Source: Paraspadella gotoi (taxonomy: Eukaryota > Animalia > Chaetognatha). From it: DNA of 64,000 nucleotides. The notes beneath the pieces are model-generated. The model was not told where the DNA came from. It saw only the letters and a list, made by a program, of their open reading frames with translations, and ran no database searches. Location: positions 2,849,611 to 2,913,610 of the forward strand of contig CM119271.1 in NCBI GenBank assembly GCA_051294375.1. The letters are read 5' to 3'. The first letter of the stretch is position 1. The number at the start of each line of letters is the position of its first letter. Shown one piece after another: positions 12,995 through 25,309 of this stretch. The position numbers and the translations under genes are program-made.

Positions 12995-13255
12995 TGAAAT
13001 TGGTACAACCAATATAAAAATTATCCATTCATTTAATAAATAAGCTATCTTGCCCCTGACTTTGGACAGGCTTTGGTGGTTTAAGGCCTCCATCACTCTT
13101 ACAAGATAATGACATAGCAGGTCACTGCAAGCTTTCAATCAAGACTCTCTCACAGTCTCGTTTATTCACTCCCAGAGTACCTGGCTTCCCTATCAATGAA
13201 GTGGTATAATATTTCAAAGAATGTTTCAATTGTATGAAAAGACCACTCCCTTAAG
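12995..13255 (-). mobile_element. Penelope-like element terminal fragment (other pieces at ~20809, 23298-23430, 28165-28330, 31250-31660, 43197-43270, 45855-45949)
   Basis: Dispersed repeat sharing one end (tatattggttgtaccaatttcat) and variably truncated at the other; partial-tandem arrangement at 31250-31660; minimal-hammerhead-like motif ending GAAAGCTT. Confidence 0.5.
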
Positions 13256-13758
13256 TAATGTTAGTGTATTTTTTTTTATTGAATTTTAATAGTTTAGTTT
13301 TTGCTTGTTCACTGTTTTCTAGTCTTTTACACTGATACTATTTCTGATTTCATCAATACTGTTTTTGGTATTAATAAAAAATTTAGCGTTTGTTTTTAAA
13401 TGTTCATTTTTGTTATGAATTTGTTACAGATTTTTGCTTTTACATTTTTACGAACATTTTAGTAGTATTATATGTTTTGATATGAGTGGTTTTGTTATAT
13501 TTTTCATGATCAGTGTAGGTTATATTTTTTACTGTGTTCTCGTTACTATTACTGCGTTACTGTTACTGTTATTGCATTACTGTTTTGATTTATGTTAATA
13601 TCGTTTTTGTTATTAATAAAAAATTAAAAAACAGGAAAAAAAACTCTGCCTCTTCTGATTCATCTGCTGAATAAGCTGAATAATGGTTAAACTTCTGAAC
13701 AAATAAAGGAATCCCTAAATATGACCAAGTTAACTCTTTAAGTAATAAAATGTCAAAG

Positions 13759-13898
13759 TGTAGTCGGGCATTGAGAACGGCCATAAGCCGAAAACCCTCA
13801 AGCCGAGTTCCAATCCCAGGACCAGTTCCATTGCTGTTAGAGGGGGTTAAAGAAGTTAAGGATAACAGTCTTCAGCCCCATTTAGCGCCTTATCTACA
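13759..13898 (+). mobile_element. Solo LTR, family C (internally deleted)
   Basis: TGTAG..CTACA termini; 4-bp TSD AAAG; homologous to 29936-30186. Confidence 0.8.
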
Positions 13899-15059
13899 AA
13901 AGTTTTATTATTAATTAAATAATTAAAATATTACTATAACTCATGTTAATCATTAAGATTGCTAAAAACTATATTTAGTTATTGGAAAACTGTAAAACAG
14001 AACTAATATTAAAATCTAAAATAAGAATAGATACATTTAGATTTAATACTGCAATATGTAAGCGAGATTGAGAAATTCAATGTCATTTAAGATTATATTA
14101 AATAATCATCTCTTTCAGTAGCGGTAGCCGACCGAATTCAAATTTTAATGGGAACAGCATTAAACTAATCCATTATTGGTATTAATTATTGTGTTAAATA
14201 ATTTTTGGCAAAAATGTTTCCGAACCATGAGTAATTCGCTAATTAATATTATTATATCGCTATATTAATGTCAAAAATTTTTTTTGGATATTTTTAAGTT
14301 TTTTTAATTGATTCTGATAGAGCTTAAAAAGTTAAGCGCAAAATAATATAATTACAACTTTTTTAAAATTTTTTATGTTTTATTACTAAAAATTAGTAAA
14401 AACTGCTAAAATCATCGGATGATGATGATGATGATGATTTTTTAAGGTTTTTCCCAATTTTAACCCACTTATCATCAAAAATATTGAAAAAAGAATTATA
14501 CTTTGTGTAGATAACTTTTCATAAGCTATTTGAATCTGCTTTTAAAAATACAAAATTCAAAAAAAATTTTTTAACATTTCCTATCTATAAATAAATATTA
14601 AAAAATTAATTACTAATGCTTCTAGCCATTTTAGAAAATTTTGGTCCATTGAAAGTTTTCTCAGAAATGTATGTAGTTTCATTTGGAAAGGTTCCCAAAT
14701 CAAACTTTTGACCCACCCCATTGACGAAGTTTGGCTCTACTTTCAGTTGGACTTCTCTTTCTTTCTTTCTCTCTCTCTCTCTCTTTCTTTTTCTCCCATT
14801 AATACACGCATTTGTTTTTTTTATTTACGATGAATGATTCATCGCGTCAATGAATGACTATCATCGCATCAATGAATGATTATCATCACATCAATGAATA
14901 TCAATCATTTGGTTATCATCGCATCAATTTTTTGTCTTTCTTTTTTTATTTCTTTATTTCCTCCTCTCGTCTGGCGAGATCCATATTCTTTTTTTTAATG
15001 TTTTTTTTTAGGCGAAAATAACTTTCTTCTGATATAGATTTTCGCTCGTTTTTGACTAT

Positions 15060-15947
15060 TGTGGCGAATCCAAAATTCGCCTCCTTTATAGCTTAGGGAA
15101 ACTCCGCGCGTTCCATTGGCTCTATCAGCTAAGTACTTGTTAACCAACCCTGAGGCTGAGTTCCTGGTTTAATCCCCTTACTCTGGTTAAATGTGATTGT
15201 GTCGGCATAAACAATTAAACATGCCGGTGACATGGGGTGGTCACTAGAATGATGTGAAAATAGTACAATTTTATAAAATCAAAATTTAGCATATAGAACA
15301 TAAAAATAAAAACTAATGAAAATAGTTTCGTGAATATATTTTTTAATTTTATACATTAGTGAACTATATTTATATATAGTAATAAGTATATAGTAGTATA
15401 TATAAAATTTTAAAATGCAAATTTTATAATTTTAAGATCGGATTTGGATTCCTTGCAAAAAGTTGATATAAAAAATGTATAATTCTTTTTTAAAAATTTT
15501 TTCATTAAGATGGTCAAACGTGTAAAAATTATAAGTATTTTATTTATATATTATTTAAGATGCCGATTTTCAATTTCCAGTTTAAAAATAAAGTTTTTTT
15601 TATAATTTTAACCTACTTAATAACATAATATTTAAAAAGATATATATTTTCTAGTATCAACTTTTAATGGGAAATCTGAATCTGTCCTTATAATTTAAAA
15701 AAAAAGACTATTTTGAAATTTTGACATTATAATAAGGTACAATTAAGCTGACTGGGCTACTATATTCGTAAAAAAAGAAAAGTAATTACAGATAAGTATT
15801 CACTAAAATGATAATTTTCAAGATATAATAGCTAAATTTCGATTCCAAACTTTGTCTTCCCCCTAGTGGTCACTGCAGGTCCTGAGCGCCAGCTGTTAGA
15901 TGATGCCTCACACCCCGGGGCATCACAAGTGTCTCCCCGTTGCCATA
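15060..15947 (+). mobile_element. Solo LTR, family B, interrupted by a MITE
   Basis: Homologous to 28904-29161; TGTGGC..GCCATA ends; split at GTGGTCAC. Confidence 0.75.
15245..15865. mobile_element. hAT-type MITE nested in the family B LTR
   Basis: TAG..CTA termini; exact 8-bp TSD GTGGTCAC (15237-15244 / 15866-15873); similar sequence at ~4501-4900. Confidence 0.75.
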
Positions 15948-17854
15948 CAACTAAAATACAATTACAAATACAATTAAAAACCAGCGATTTCGAGAGCATC
16001 GCATCTGAAGGGCCCGCATATTTTTTCTTTGGCTTTTGTCAAATCTTCATATATCAAATAAGCCAGGGAAATAATAAAAAAAAAAATTAGCTGGCGGAAT
16101 TAAAAGTTTGTAAGAGGAAGTCAGAATCGGCGAAAATCTTAAAAGTCGAAAATGTTGAAAAAAAAAGGGGGTGGGAATTTTGATGGGTTTCCAACGATTA
16201 TTGCACAATATAAGGTCCGATTAAAGCTAAACTTTAAATTTACAATATCGACGTCATTTAAAATCTTCCGATATAAAAATTTTTAAAAAACCGGTTGCTT
16301 CTTTCGATATAGCGACTTCCTATGTTTCTGGGTATTTTTGGGACACTTTTTTTTTCATCGAAGCCCCCTTGCTGCGGCTCCTGAAGCAGCGGACTCAAAC
16401 ATCGTCACTCCTTTTGTCGTCGCTCTCTAATTTGAGAGAGATTGAGAGAGAGAGATTAGGACTGCCCAGATTAATTCAGAATTTCAAACTTTTTCGTCGG
16501 ATCGAAGAAAATTTGAATTAATTAATCTCAATTAATCTCAATTAGTCTCTGTTTGCCTTTGCCTCTGCTTTCAGACTTATTTTACAAATGGCGACGATCG
16601 AGGTTTCAAAAGTTGTTTATTGATCGAAGTTAAAAACAGGCGATGATATAAAATATTTCCAAATTGTTTGTAAACAAGGTAAATAAACGGTCTTAAAACC
16701 GTTTCTACGTCGTAATCTTTGAGGCAACTGAAGATTCTACAAAATTCAAAATCAAACGTTATCTAACAAGTTTGAGCAAACAATGCCGGATCTGCCCACG
16801 ATAATTAATTAATTAATTTTTTTTTTATTCGTGTCAAAATCGTTTTTCACTCTGTCTCGCCTCTCAATCACAAAACAACAATCTCGATCACAAAATTAAT
16901 TAATAAATTAATTAATAACAAATAATTAATAATTAATTACTTATTTATTAATAAATAATTAATGCAGCTTGAATTTACATTTAATATAAAAATAAAGAAA
17001 GCATAATCAAATAGTAAAAAAGATTGTTTATTTTTTTCCATTTTAACTCATTTCCACTTGGACGGCTCCATCTAAACTTTATTCCCTGCTCAATCACACA
17101 CTTTCCTACCCACATACAAAATTTGAAGTCAATCGCCCCATTCACTCATGAGTAATTGGCGTTCAAATAGTGAAATTTCTTTTTACATTTTAACTCATTT
17201 CCACTCGGACGATTCCATCGAAACTTGATCTCCAGCTCAATCACACACTTTCCTACCCACAAACAAAATTTCATTCCAATCCTTCCATCAAATCACGAGT
17301 AATTGTTGTTTTTTGTTGACGGACGGACGGACGGACGGACAATCCCTTTTCCCTCTTCTTCAATTATTTGTCGACGCGACTCCCGATCGCGAATTTGGGA
17401 AAATTTGAACCAAGATATTTGCATTCCGAGCCGCCGGACGTTGAGCCGTCACCCCTTACGCTCGCTACCGCCGATACAGTCTCAATAAGCTTCAATCTCT
17501 CTCACTCTCTCTCCGTGTGCTTCCTCACCGTTCCTCACCAAAAATGACTCTTTTTGCTTATATTACCTCATAATTACTCTAATTAATCCTATTTGGATAA
17601 ATGGATTGAAACTAAATTTTTTTTTGAGTGAGAAGGAAATTAATGCTTGAACTGAATATAAAGTTTTGGTGGAATCGTGCGAGTGGAAATGAGTTTAAAT
17701 GGAAAAAAGAAAACGTCACTCTTATTTGAATTTTTTTTTTTTAAATTTAAAAGTTTCTCTCTCTCTCACTGAGTAAAATGATGGATTGGCTGATTAATCA
17801 GTTGTTTGAATGATTGATTGGTAGATTTTCATTACATCAATAATTGATTAATTA

Positions 17855-18322
17855 ATGCAAGTTGAAAAAATTATGCAAGTTGAAAAAATTATGCAAGTTT
17901 AAAAAAATTAGGCAAATTGAAAACAATTGTTGAAAATTTGAAAAAAATGCAAGTTAAAAAAATTATGCCAATTAAGAAACTGATGCAAATTGAAAAAATG
18001 ATGCAAGTTGAAAAAATGATGCATGTTGCAAAAATGACGCAAGTTGAAAAAATGTTCAAGTTGAAAAAATGATGAGAGTTAAAAAATGGTGTAAGTTGAA
18101 AAAATGATGCCAGTTGAAAAAATGATGTGAATTGAAAAAATGATGCTTGTTTAAAAAATTATGCCAATTTGAAAAATGATGCAAGTTGAAAAAATGATGC
18201 AAGTTGAAAAAATGATGCAAATTGAAAAAATTATGCGAGTTTAAAAAATGATGCTAGTTGAAAAATGATTCAAGTTGAAAAAATGATGCAAGTAAAAAAA
18301 ATTATGCGAGTTGAAAAAATGA
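17855..18322 (+). repeat. 18-19 bp minisatellite (GCAAGTTGAAAAAATGAT)n within a HINE-like element
   Basis: Direct tandem array; shorter arrays at ~11110-11190 and ~12400-12500. Confidence 0.9.
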
Positions 18323-18742
18323 TAATTATTAAAAAAAATATTTTTTGTCTCTTAGTAACAGTTCAGTTTAATCCCTTGCAAGCGATTTACATGTATTGGC
18401 GCAGCCATTGATATGGTATGATACAATCTGTTCTGATCAGTTAGTACTTAGGATCACAAATTGAAAGAATTATCGTGATTCATCATCTGATTAGCTGATT
18501 ACCGCTTTATCATAGGCAGATCCGACATTGCTCAAACTTGTTTAAAATAAAAAGCGTTGTTTGTCCAATTTAAAACTTTTCCGCATTCCGAAAGAAAAGA
18601 TTTCCTACAATTTACAAAGGAAATTTTAAAAAATGTACAAATAATGGAATTGAAAAAAATTTTTAAAAAGAGTCGATAAAAAATCGTCATTGTTTTATTA
18701 TATTTCAGAAAATTTTTGGTGATGAACTACGCAGGTGGTAGC

Positions 18743-18789
<47 letters not shown>

Positions 18790-18959
18790 CCTTGATCAAT
18801 TCAGATTTTCAAACTCGATACAACACGTAGCTATTTTGAGCCACTTATCAGATTTTTGGGACGGGTTTTGGAAAGTGTATGATTTAATATGGATATAAAA
18901 TTTCGATGGAATCGTGCGAGTGGAAATGAGTTTAAGGGGTCCCAGTGATCGGGGGGGTC

Positions 18960-19882
18960 GAAAAACGACGACGAAGACGATAACGAAAATAACGACAAAA
19001 ACGACGACGAAAATGACGAAAATGACGGTGAAAACAACGACAAAAACGATGACGAAAACGACGACGAAAATGACGACGAAGATGACGGTGAAAACGACGA
19101 CGAAAACGATAATGAAAATGACGGTGAAGACGACGACGAATGAAATGACGACGAAAAACGATGACGAAAATGACGACGAAAACGGTGACGAAAACGATGA
19201 CGAAAATGATGGTGAAAACGATGACGACGAAAAACGACGATGAAGACGACAATGAAAATAACGACGAAAACGATGACGAAAACGACGACAAAAAAGACGG
19301 CGAAAACGACGACGAAAACGACGATGAAAACGACCAAAACAATGGCGAAAACGACGACGAAAATGACGATGAAAATGATGGTGAAAATGACGACGACAAA
19401 AAACGACGATGAAGACGACGACGAAAATGACGACGAAAACGATGACAAAGACGACGACGACGAAAACAACGACGAAAACGACGACGAAAACGACGACGAA
19501 AAAGACGGCGAAAACGATGATGAAGACGACAAAAACCGGCGAAAACGACGACGAAAACGACGATATAGACGGCGACAAAAATGACGGTGAAAACGACCAC
19601 GAAAACGACAACAAAAATGATGACGAAAAATGATGACGAAGAAGACAACGACGAAAACAACGACGAAAATGACGGTGAAGACGACGACTACGAAAATGAT
19701 GACGAAAAACGACGACGAAGACGACGACGAAGGCGATGACGAAAAACGACGACGAAAATGATGATGAAAACGACGACGACGAAAACGACGACGACGAAAA
19801 CGACGATAAAAAGGCCGCGAAAACGACGACGAAGACGACAAAAACAACGGCGAAAACGACGACGAAGACGACGACGACGAAA
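18960..19882 (+). repeat. Degenerate 12-mer minisatellite (GACGAAAACGAC)n
   Basis: Tandem GAC/GAA/AAC units with frame-shifting indels; accounts for the spurious long ORFs here. Confidence 0.9.
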
Positions 19883-20086
19883 ACCGACTCCTTGACTGCT
19901 CCCGCGCCGTTTCTTTCGCCGGATCCTTCATCTTTGGCTTTACGAACAATTTCGTCGCCAAGGAGATCGCTGATATCGTCGCCAAGGAAGTAGTATAGGG
20001 AGATATATATATAGAGATCGCTGATTTCAACAAAAAATAAACCCCATCGACAACCGAAGAACGTCATTTTCATAATCACTATCGTA

Positions 20087-21454
20087 ACTTACATGGCAGC
20101 GTTTTTTTACCGGCGCTTGTAAAATTGTCACCATTTGCAAACCCATGAAGATTTTTTTTTAATGTTAAATATGAAATTAAGAGTAAAAACCAAAACTATT
20201 TTTATGTGCAAATTTTATATGATTCGATTTTGATATGCCTTAGCAATGATAGCTGGAAGATGGATTTGAAAATCATCACGGATTTTTAAACTCACTGTTT
20301 ATAGATTGGATTTTTTTCTCTTACTTTCAGTAAGTTTTTTGAAGAAATTTTAATAAAATAATAATAAATATTATTATCTTCTAAAAGCCTTGCAAATCTT
20401 AAGAGAATGATGTACTTACAAAAACTGTAGTATAAAATTTAACCGCCCAGCTTTAGGATATCAAAAACGAGACATCTTTCAAGTAATCAAGCTGGAGAGC
20501 AAATTTAAGATTTTTATCAAATTGTGATAGGCAATCTTAAATCTTATTTTTTAGGCTCTTTCATGATATTTATATTTAGAGAAAAAACAAAGTTTTTAAT
20601 TGTGTTACAACGAATTTAACACAATTAAAAACTTTGTTTTTTCTCTAAATCATAACAACAACGAAAACGAAAGGTTTATCGCATCATGTCTACAGATATT
20701 TATATTATAATAATTTTAAAAGGTCACATGTTTTAAAAAAAGATTTAAAATTTTAAATAATTCACTTTTGACTCTTTTAATTGAACCGAGGCTGGGCAGC
20801 TTAATTTTATGAAATTGGTACAACCAATATGTTAGAGCTTTTGTAAGTATATCATTCTCTTCACATTTTTAAGGGCTTTCAGAGGATATGAATAATGATA
20901 TTATCTTACAGAAAGAACCGATAGGTTTCGCCATCATGCACCGTTTCCTCATCATTTCTCCTCATCCTCCTCCCCCTCCTCCCGGAGATCCAGGCTCGAG
21001 TCCAGGGTTTAGGTTTTTCATTCACGCTTTTTCCTCTCTTTCTCTCTCACCGTCCCTCTCCCGTTCAGTCTCTGTTACCATTTTTTTTACCGCCAATTTA
21101 GCCGCTTACATTATATTTTCCTTTCCCACCATTTTCCCCCGTCTTTACTTACCTAGATTTCAGTCAGACTTACCCGACCTTAGAGTCTTAATTAATACTT
21201 TGTCTAAAATAAATGTTAAAAGTTTAAAAAAAATTCAATTTAAAAACAGTGAGTTGGAAAATAAAACCCCATTTTAAAAGCCAACTTTCTCCACTCATTG
21301 TCAAGCATATCTTAACTGATCAATATAAAATTAGAACACATAAATGATTTTTGTATTTTTTACTCAACTAACTTTTAAAATCAATTAAATAACCACTGGT
21401 TTGCAAATGGCAGCGTTTTTCTACCGGCGGTTGTAAAATTTTCACCATGTAAGT
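20087..21454. mobile_element. Foldback-like element with long inverted arms and a central perfect hairpin
   Basis: Termini acttacatgg / ccatgtaagt; matching inverted blocks at 20233/21295, 20288/21243 and 20380-20450/20790-20887; 34-bp perfect inverted repeat at 20574-20650. Confidence 0.65.
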
Positions 21455-23662
21455 CGTGAAGATCGAAAATGGGCGGCCGACTTCACAGATCTCTGGTGAA
21501 AACGTTCAAAATTAAACGTATCATCCTCCTTCACATATCTTTCCAAAAAAATGTAAATTCGATTGATCATTTACGATTTCTTATTTGTACTCGAATGAAT
21601 TCCGCCTCACGAATTTCGCCACTCTCTCATCCGAAAATATCTTTCTCGCATTCAAAATGCAAATTCTATTTTCATTTTTAATTTCAAATGTTCATATATG
21701 TAAATTCGTCATACTCCCCTACATAAAAAAACAAAACAAAACAAAACAAAAATCTTAATTTTAATGTTTTTCATTCCCAATACGTCCGCCGCGATCCAGG
21801 CGACGATCCCAATACTATATAAATTAAATAATAATAATATCGACAAAAAGAAAAATAATAAAGAAATGAATTGGAAAAAACCTGAAATATTTTTGTTAAC
21901 AAAATTCCACTAATCTTTTATTTTCCTTATCATGAATTACATATCACAACGTTCGTCCTCGTGAGATCAACAAAGGATCAAACTTTAGTCTTCTTGCTTT
22001 AGGGTTATTTTAAGTATGTTTTAACTGATTTGTAGGCAAAGAATAACATTATTTGCGATAATATTTTTAGCAGGATTTGTCAAAAAAATTTTGACCTGTG
22101 CCAAAAAGTTTTTTTTTAAATGACTGCAATTCATATGTATTGCAGGACTACCCAAGGCCCACCTATTACTAAAATTTAAAACCATAATTTTCACAAATAA
22201 GGAAGTTAAGCATCATTGAAAAAATAACCCATCAAAAATATCAGCACTGATAAATATGGCAAAAATGTTTTCAATAGTAACAACATTTTTACAAAAGTTT
22301 ACAAACCCTCTTGAGTACAAGTTAGCAAAATTTTAAAATATATCAGAGCTATGCTAGTTTTTAAAATTTTTTTTACCCAATTTTAGTGGTTTAGGATTAT
22401 TTATTTGAAAAATTGCTTCAATGGGCAATTGCCAGACATCCGGACAACTTCCTATAAATTCCTCAAGCCATTTATCCTATAAATGGAAAAGTTATTCCAT
22501 GTACAGACTTACGACATTCTAGGTTTCCGGTACTGTAACAAACTGTTTAGAAACAATTTTTCTACTTCGTTTTTCGTTTGACTTACATAAGGATTAAGCG
22601 ACACGAGATTTACACTTTATAATTTTATCCTCAATTTCCCCCCGATTGGTTGTCGTGCCGTTTCTTGATTGGTCGAATTACCGTTCGTCTCCTAAATTGA
22701 ATAACAGAAAATTAAACAAGTTCTTCAAGATTTTGGCCGCACTGAACCTAATGCTGCTAACTCGTATCTCCGTCATTTTTCATCCGCTTTTTTTCCGATT
22801 TTTTCTTTTGATCCTTTGTGGCTTTATTTTCCCAACGCGCCCCATTTAATTATGAATTCAGAATTATTTTTTTTTCTGAAATAAAAGAAACAATTTGACA
22901 GTTAAGACGATAAAAAGATAAAACGATAAAACAATAAAAGAAACAATTTGACATTCAAACGATAAATGAGCATTGAGCAAGACTAATTCCACTAATAGCA
23001 CTAAAAATAAAAAGATAATCTTATAAAATTCAACAATTAAGGATCAATCGCGGATACTGCAAATTGGAAAATTATTAAGTATGCCGATGAAAATCACGAG
23101 TAAATATTATCATTATGGTTCCTAACATTTACACTAGGTCATTGCCTTTTTTTTAAAGTCTGCAAACTGCAAATTGGAAAAGTATTAAGTATACCAATAA
23201 AAATCACGAATCACGAATTCAGAATTAAGTAATTTTTTTTTCAGGTTAGAATAATATTTTTAGATTTAAAAATTAAGTCAGAGATTTTGGTTCATTATGA
23301 AATTGGTACAACCAATATAAAAAGTATCCATTCATTTAATAAATAAGCTATCTTGCCCCTCACTTGACTATGGACAGGCTTTGGTGATTTAAGGCCTCCA
23401 TCACTCTCACAAGATAATGACATAGCAGATCCATGTGATTATAGATTATGGTTAAGGTGATTAGGTTTTACGGTTAGAGTTAAAAATAATATTTAGCGAT
23501 TTAGGTTAAATATTAAGTTAAAATTAAATTAAAGAAACTGAAACGGGGCGCTATTGAGAAAGAAAGCCTATTTTTATTTTTTAAATAAAAAAAAACTGGT
23601 AAACAAAAGGAGAGACCATCGCGCCACGCCCACTTCCGTTTTGACTTACCTCTTCCTAAACG

Positions 23663-24332
23663 ATGTCTCTCTCCACACTCCTCCTCCTCTCTCTCTCTCT
23701 CCTCCTCGTCTACTTCCTCACCAAGATTCTCTCCCGACCCAAATGCACTGTGCCGTCCGGGCCGCGTGGCCACTGGTTGATGGGCCACAGCCTCTTGCCC
23801 ATCGAACGACTCACTCCATCATTGCTGGAGTGGAGCAAAGACTATGGGTCCGTCTTTAAATTTTCCTTGTTTCCGTTTTTGCCGCCGGATTTCGTGATCG
23901 TCAACGATTTGGATACGGCCAAGAGGTGAGTTCCATTTCGATTAACTGTCGCAAATGAGTTGAACGAATTTATTCGAGAATATTATTATATTTCTGTTTA
24001 GCAAACAACGATTTCTTTTTATTTAAAAAAAAATCTTAAAAGCATAAAGATCGAGCCGCTTTCTGATAGTAACCAAATATTGATGCGATGATAACCAAAT
24101 ATTGATGCGATGATAACCAAATATTGACGCGATGATAACCAATAATTGATGCGATGATAACAAAATGACTGATGTGATGATAATCAAATGATTGATGCGA
24201 TGATAGTCATTCATTGATATGATGATAATCATTCATTGATACGATGATAGTCATTCATTGATGCGATGATAGTGATTCATTGACGCGCTGAATCATTCAT
24301 CGTAAATAAAACAAACAAATGCGTGTATGAGT

Positions 24333-24391
<59 letters not shown>

Positions 24392-24758
24392 AGAGAGAGA
24401 GAGAGAAGGAGGGAGAGATGAGAAGAGAGATGAGAGAGAGAGTTTTCCCACCAACGAGACGCATTATTAGGTCACTCTCGTTTATATCGGTTATCCGTTG
24501 CCTCGCAACGGCGTCGTGAAATTGGGTCTATGTTGATTTTTTTTATACACGTAACGCGTTATTAGGTCATGTCCTCGACATTGTTTACTTGTTGCTCCGC
24601 AACGACCACGAAATCTAGTTAAGTAAGTTATTGTATTTTTGGGATTTTGTATTTGAGATAAAAATAATAAATGGCGATAATAAAAGTTTTTAGAAGGAAA
24701 AAATCCACGAAAATCTCGGAATAAATGGCGATAATAAAAGTTTTTAGAAGGAAAAAAA

Positions 24759-24812
<54 letters not shown>

Positions 24813-25260
24813 AAAGAGATAGAGGGAGAAAAAGATTGTTTCTTTTTTTAGGAAGAAACCAGACCGAGGTCAAATTTAATATTTGCATATTTAATTAATT
24901 TATAAATAGTTATCACAACTCAAATAATTATTATTTAAAAAAAGTTTAAAAATGATTAAATATATACACTAAAAATATTTATTAAATTTAATAATAGTAC
25001 AAATTATCAGAATAACAAAAAAAGTAATGTTTTAATTTGACTATATCTCTCTTATCAACTCCTATTTTAGAATTAATTTGCCAATAGTGGGCCAACCGGT
25101 CCAAAGTTGCAATAATAAATAAAACAATTTTTTTTTTTTATAATGTGACGCATGCACAATATTATGCGGCGAAAGTGCTGCATATATAATAGGTCACATT
25201 AGCTGATTTATATGTGATAATGCATATCATTATAAGTTATTCTTCATTTTTTAAAAAAAT

Positions 25261-25309
<49 letters not shown>

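Noticed and set aside
17855-18322. CRISPR-like array
   Set aside because: Head-to-tail repeats without unique spacers, in a eukaryotic context
18796-20079. 400+ aa ORFs on the minus strand and T/K- or N/D/E-rich ORFs on the plus strand
   Set aside because: Products of a stop-poor 12-mer minisatellite with frameshifting indels; no domain or splice evidence
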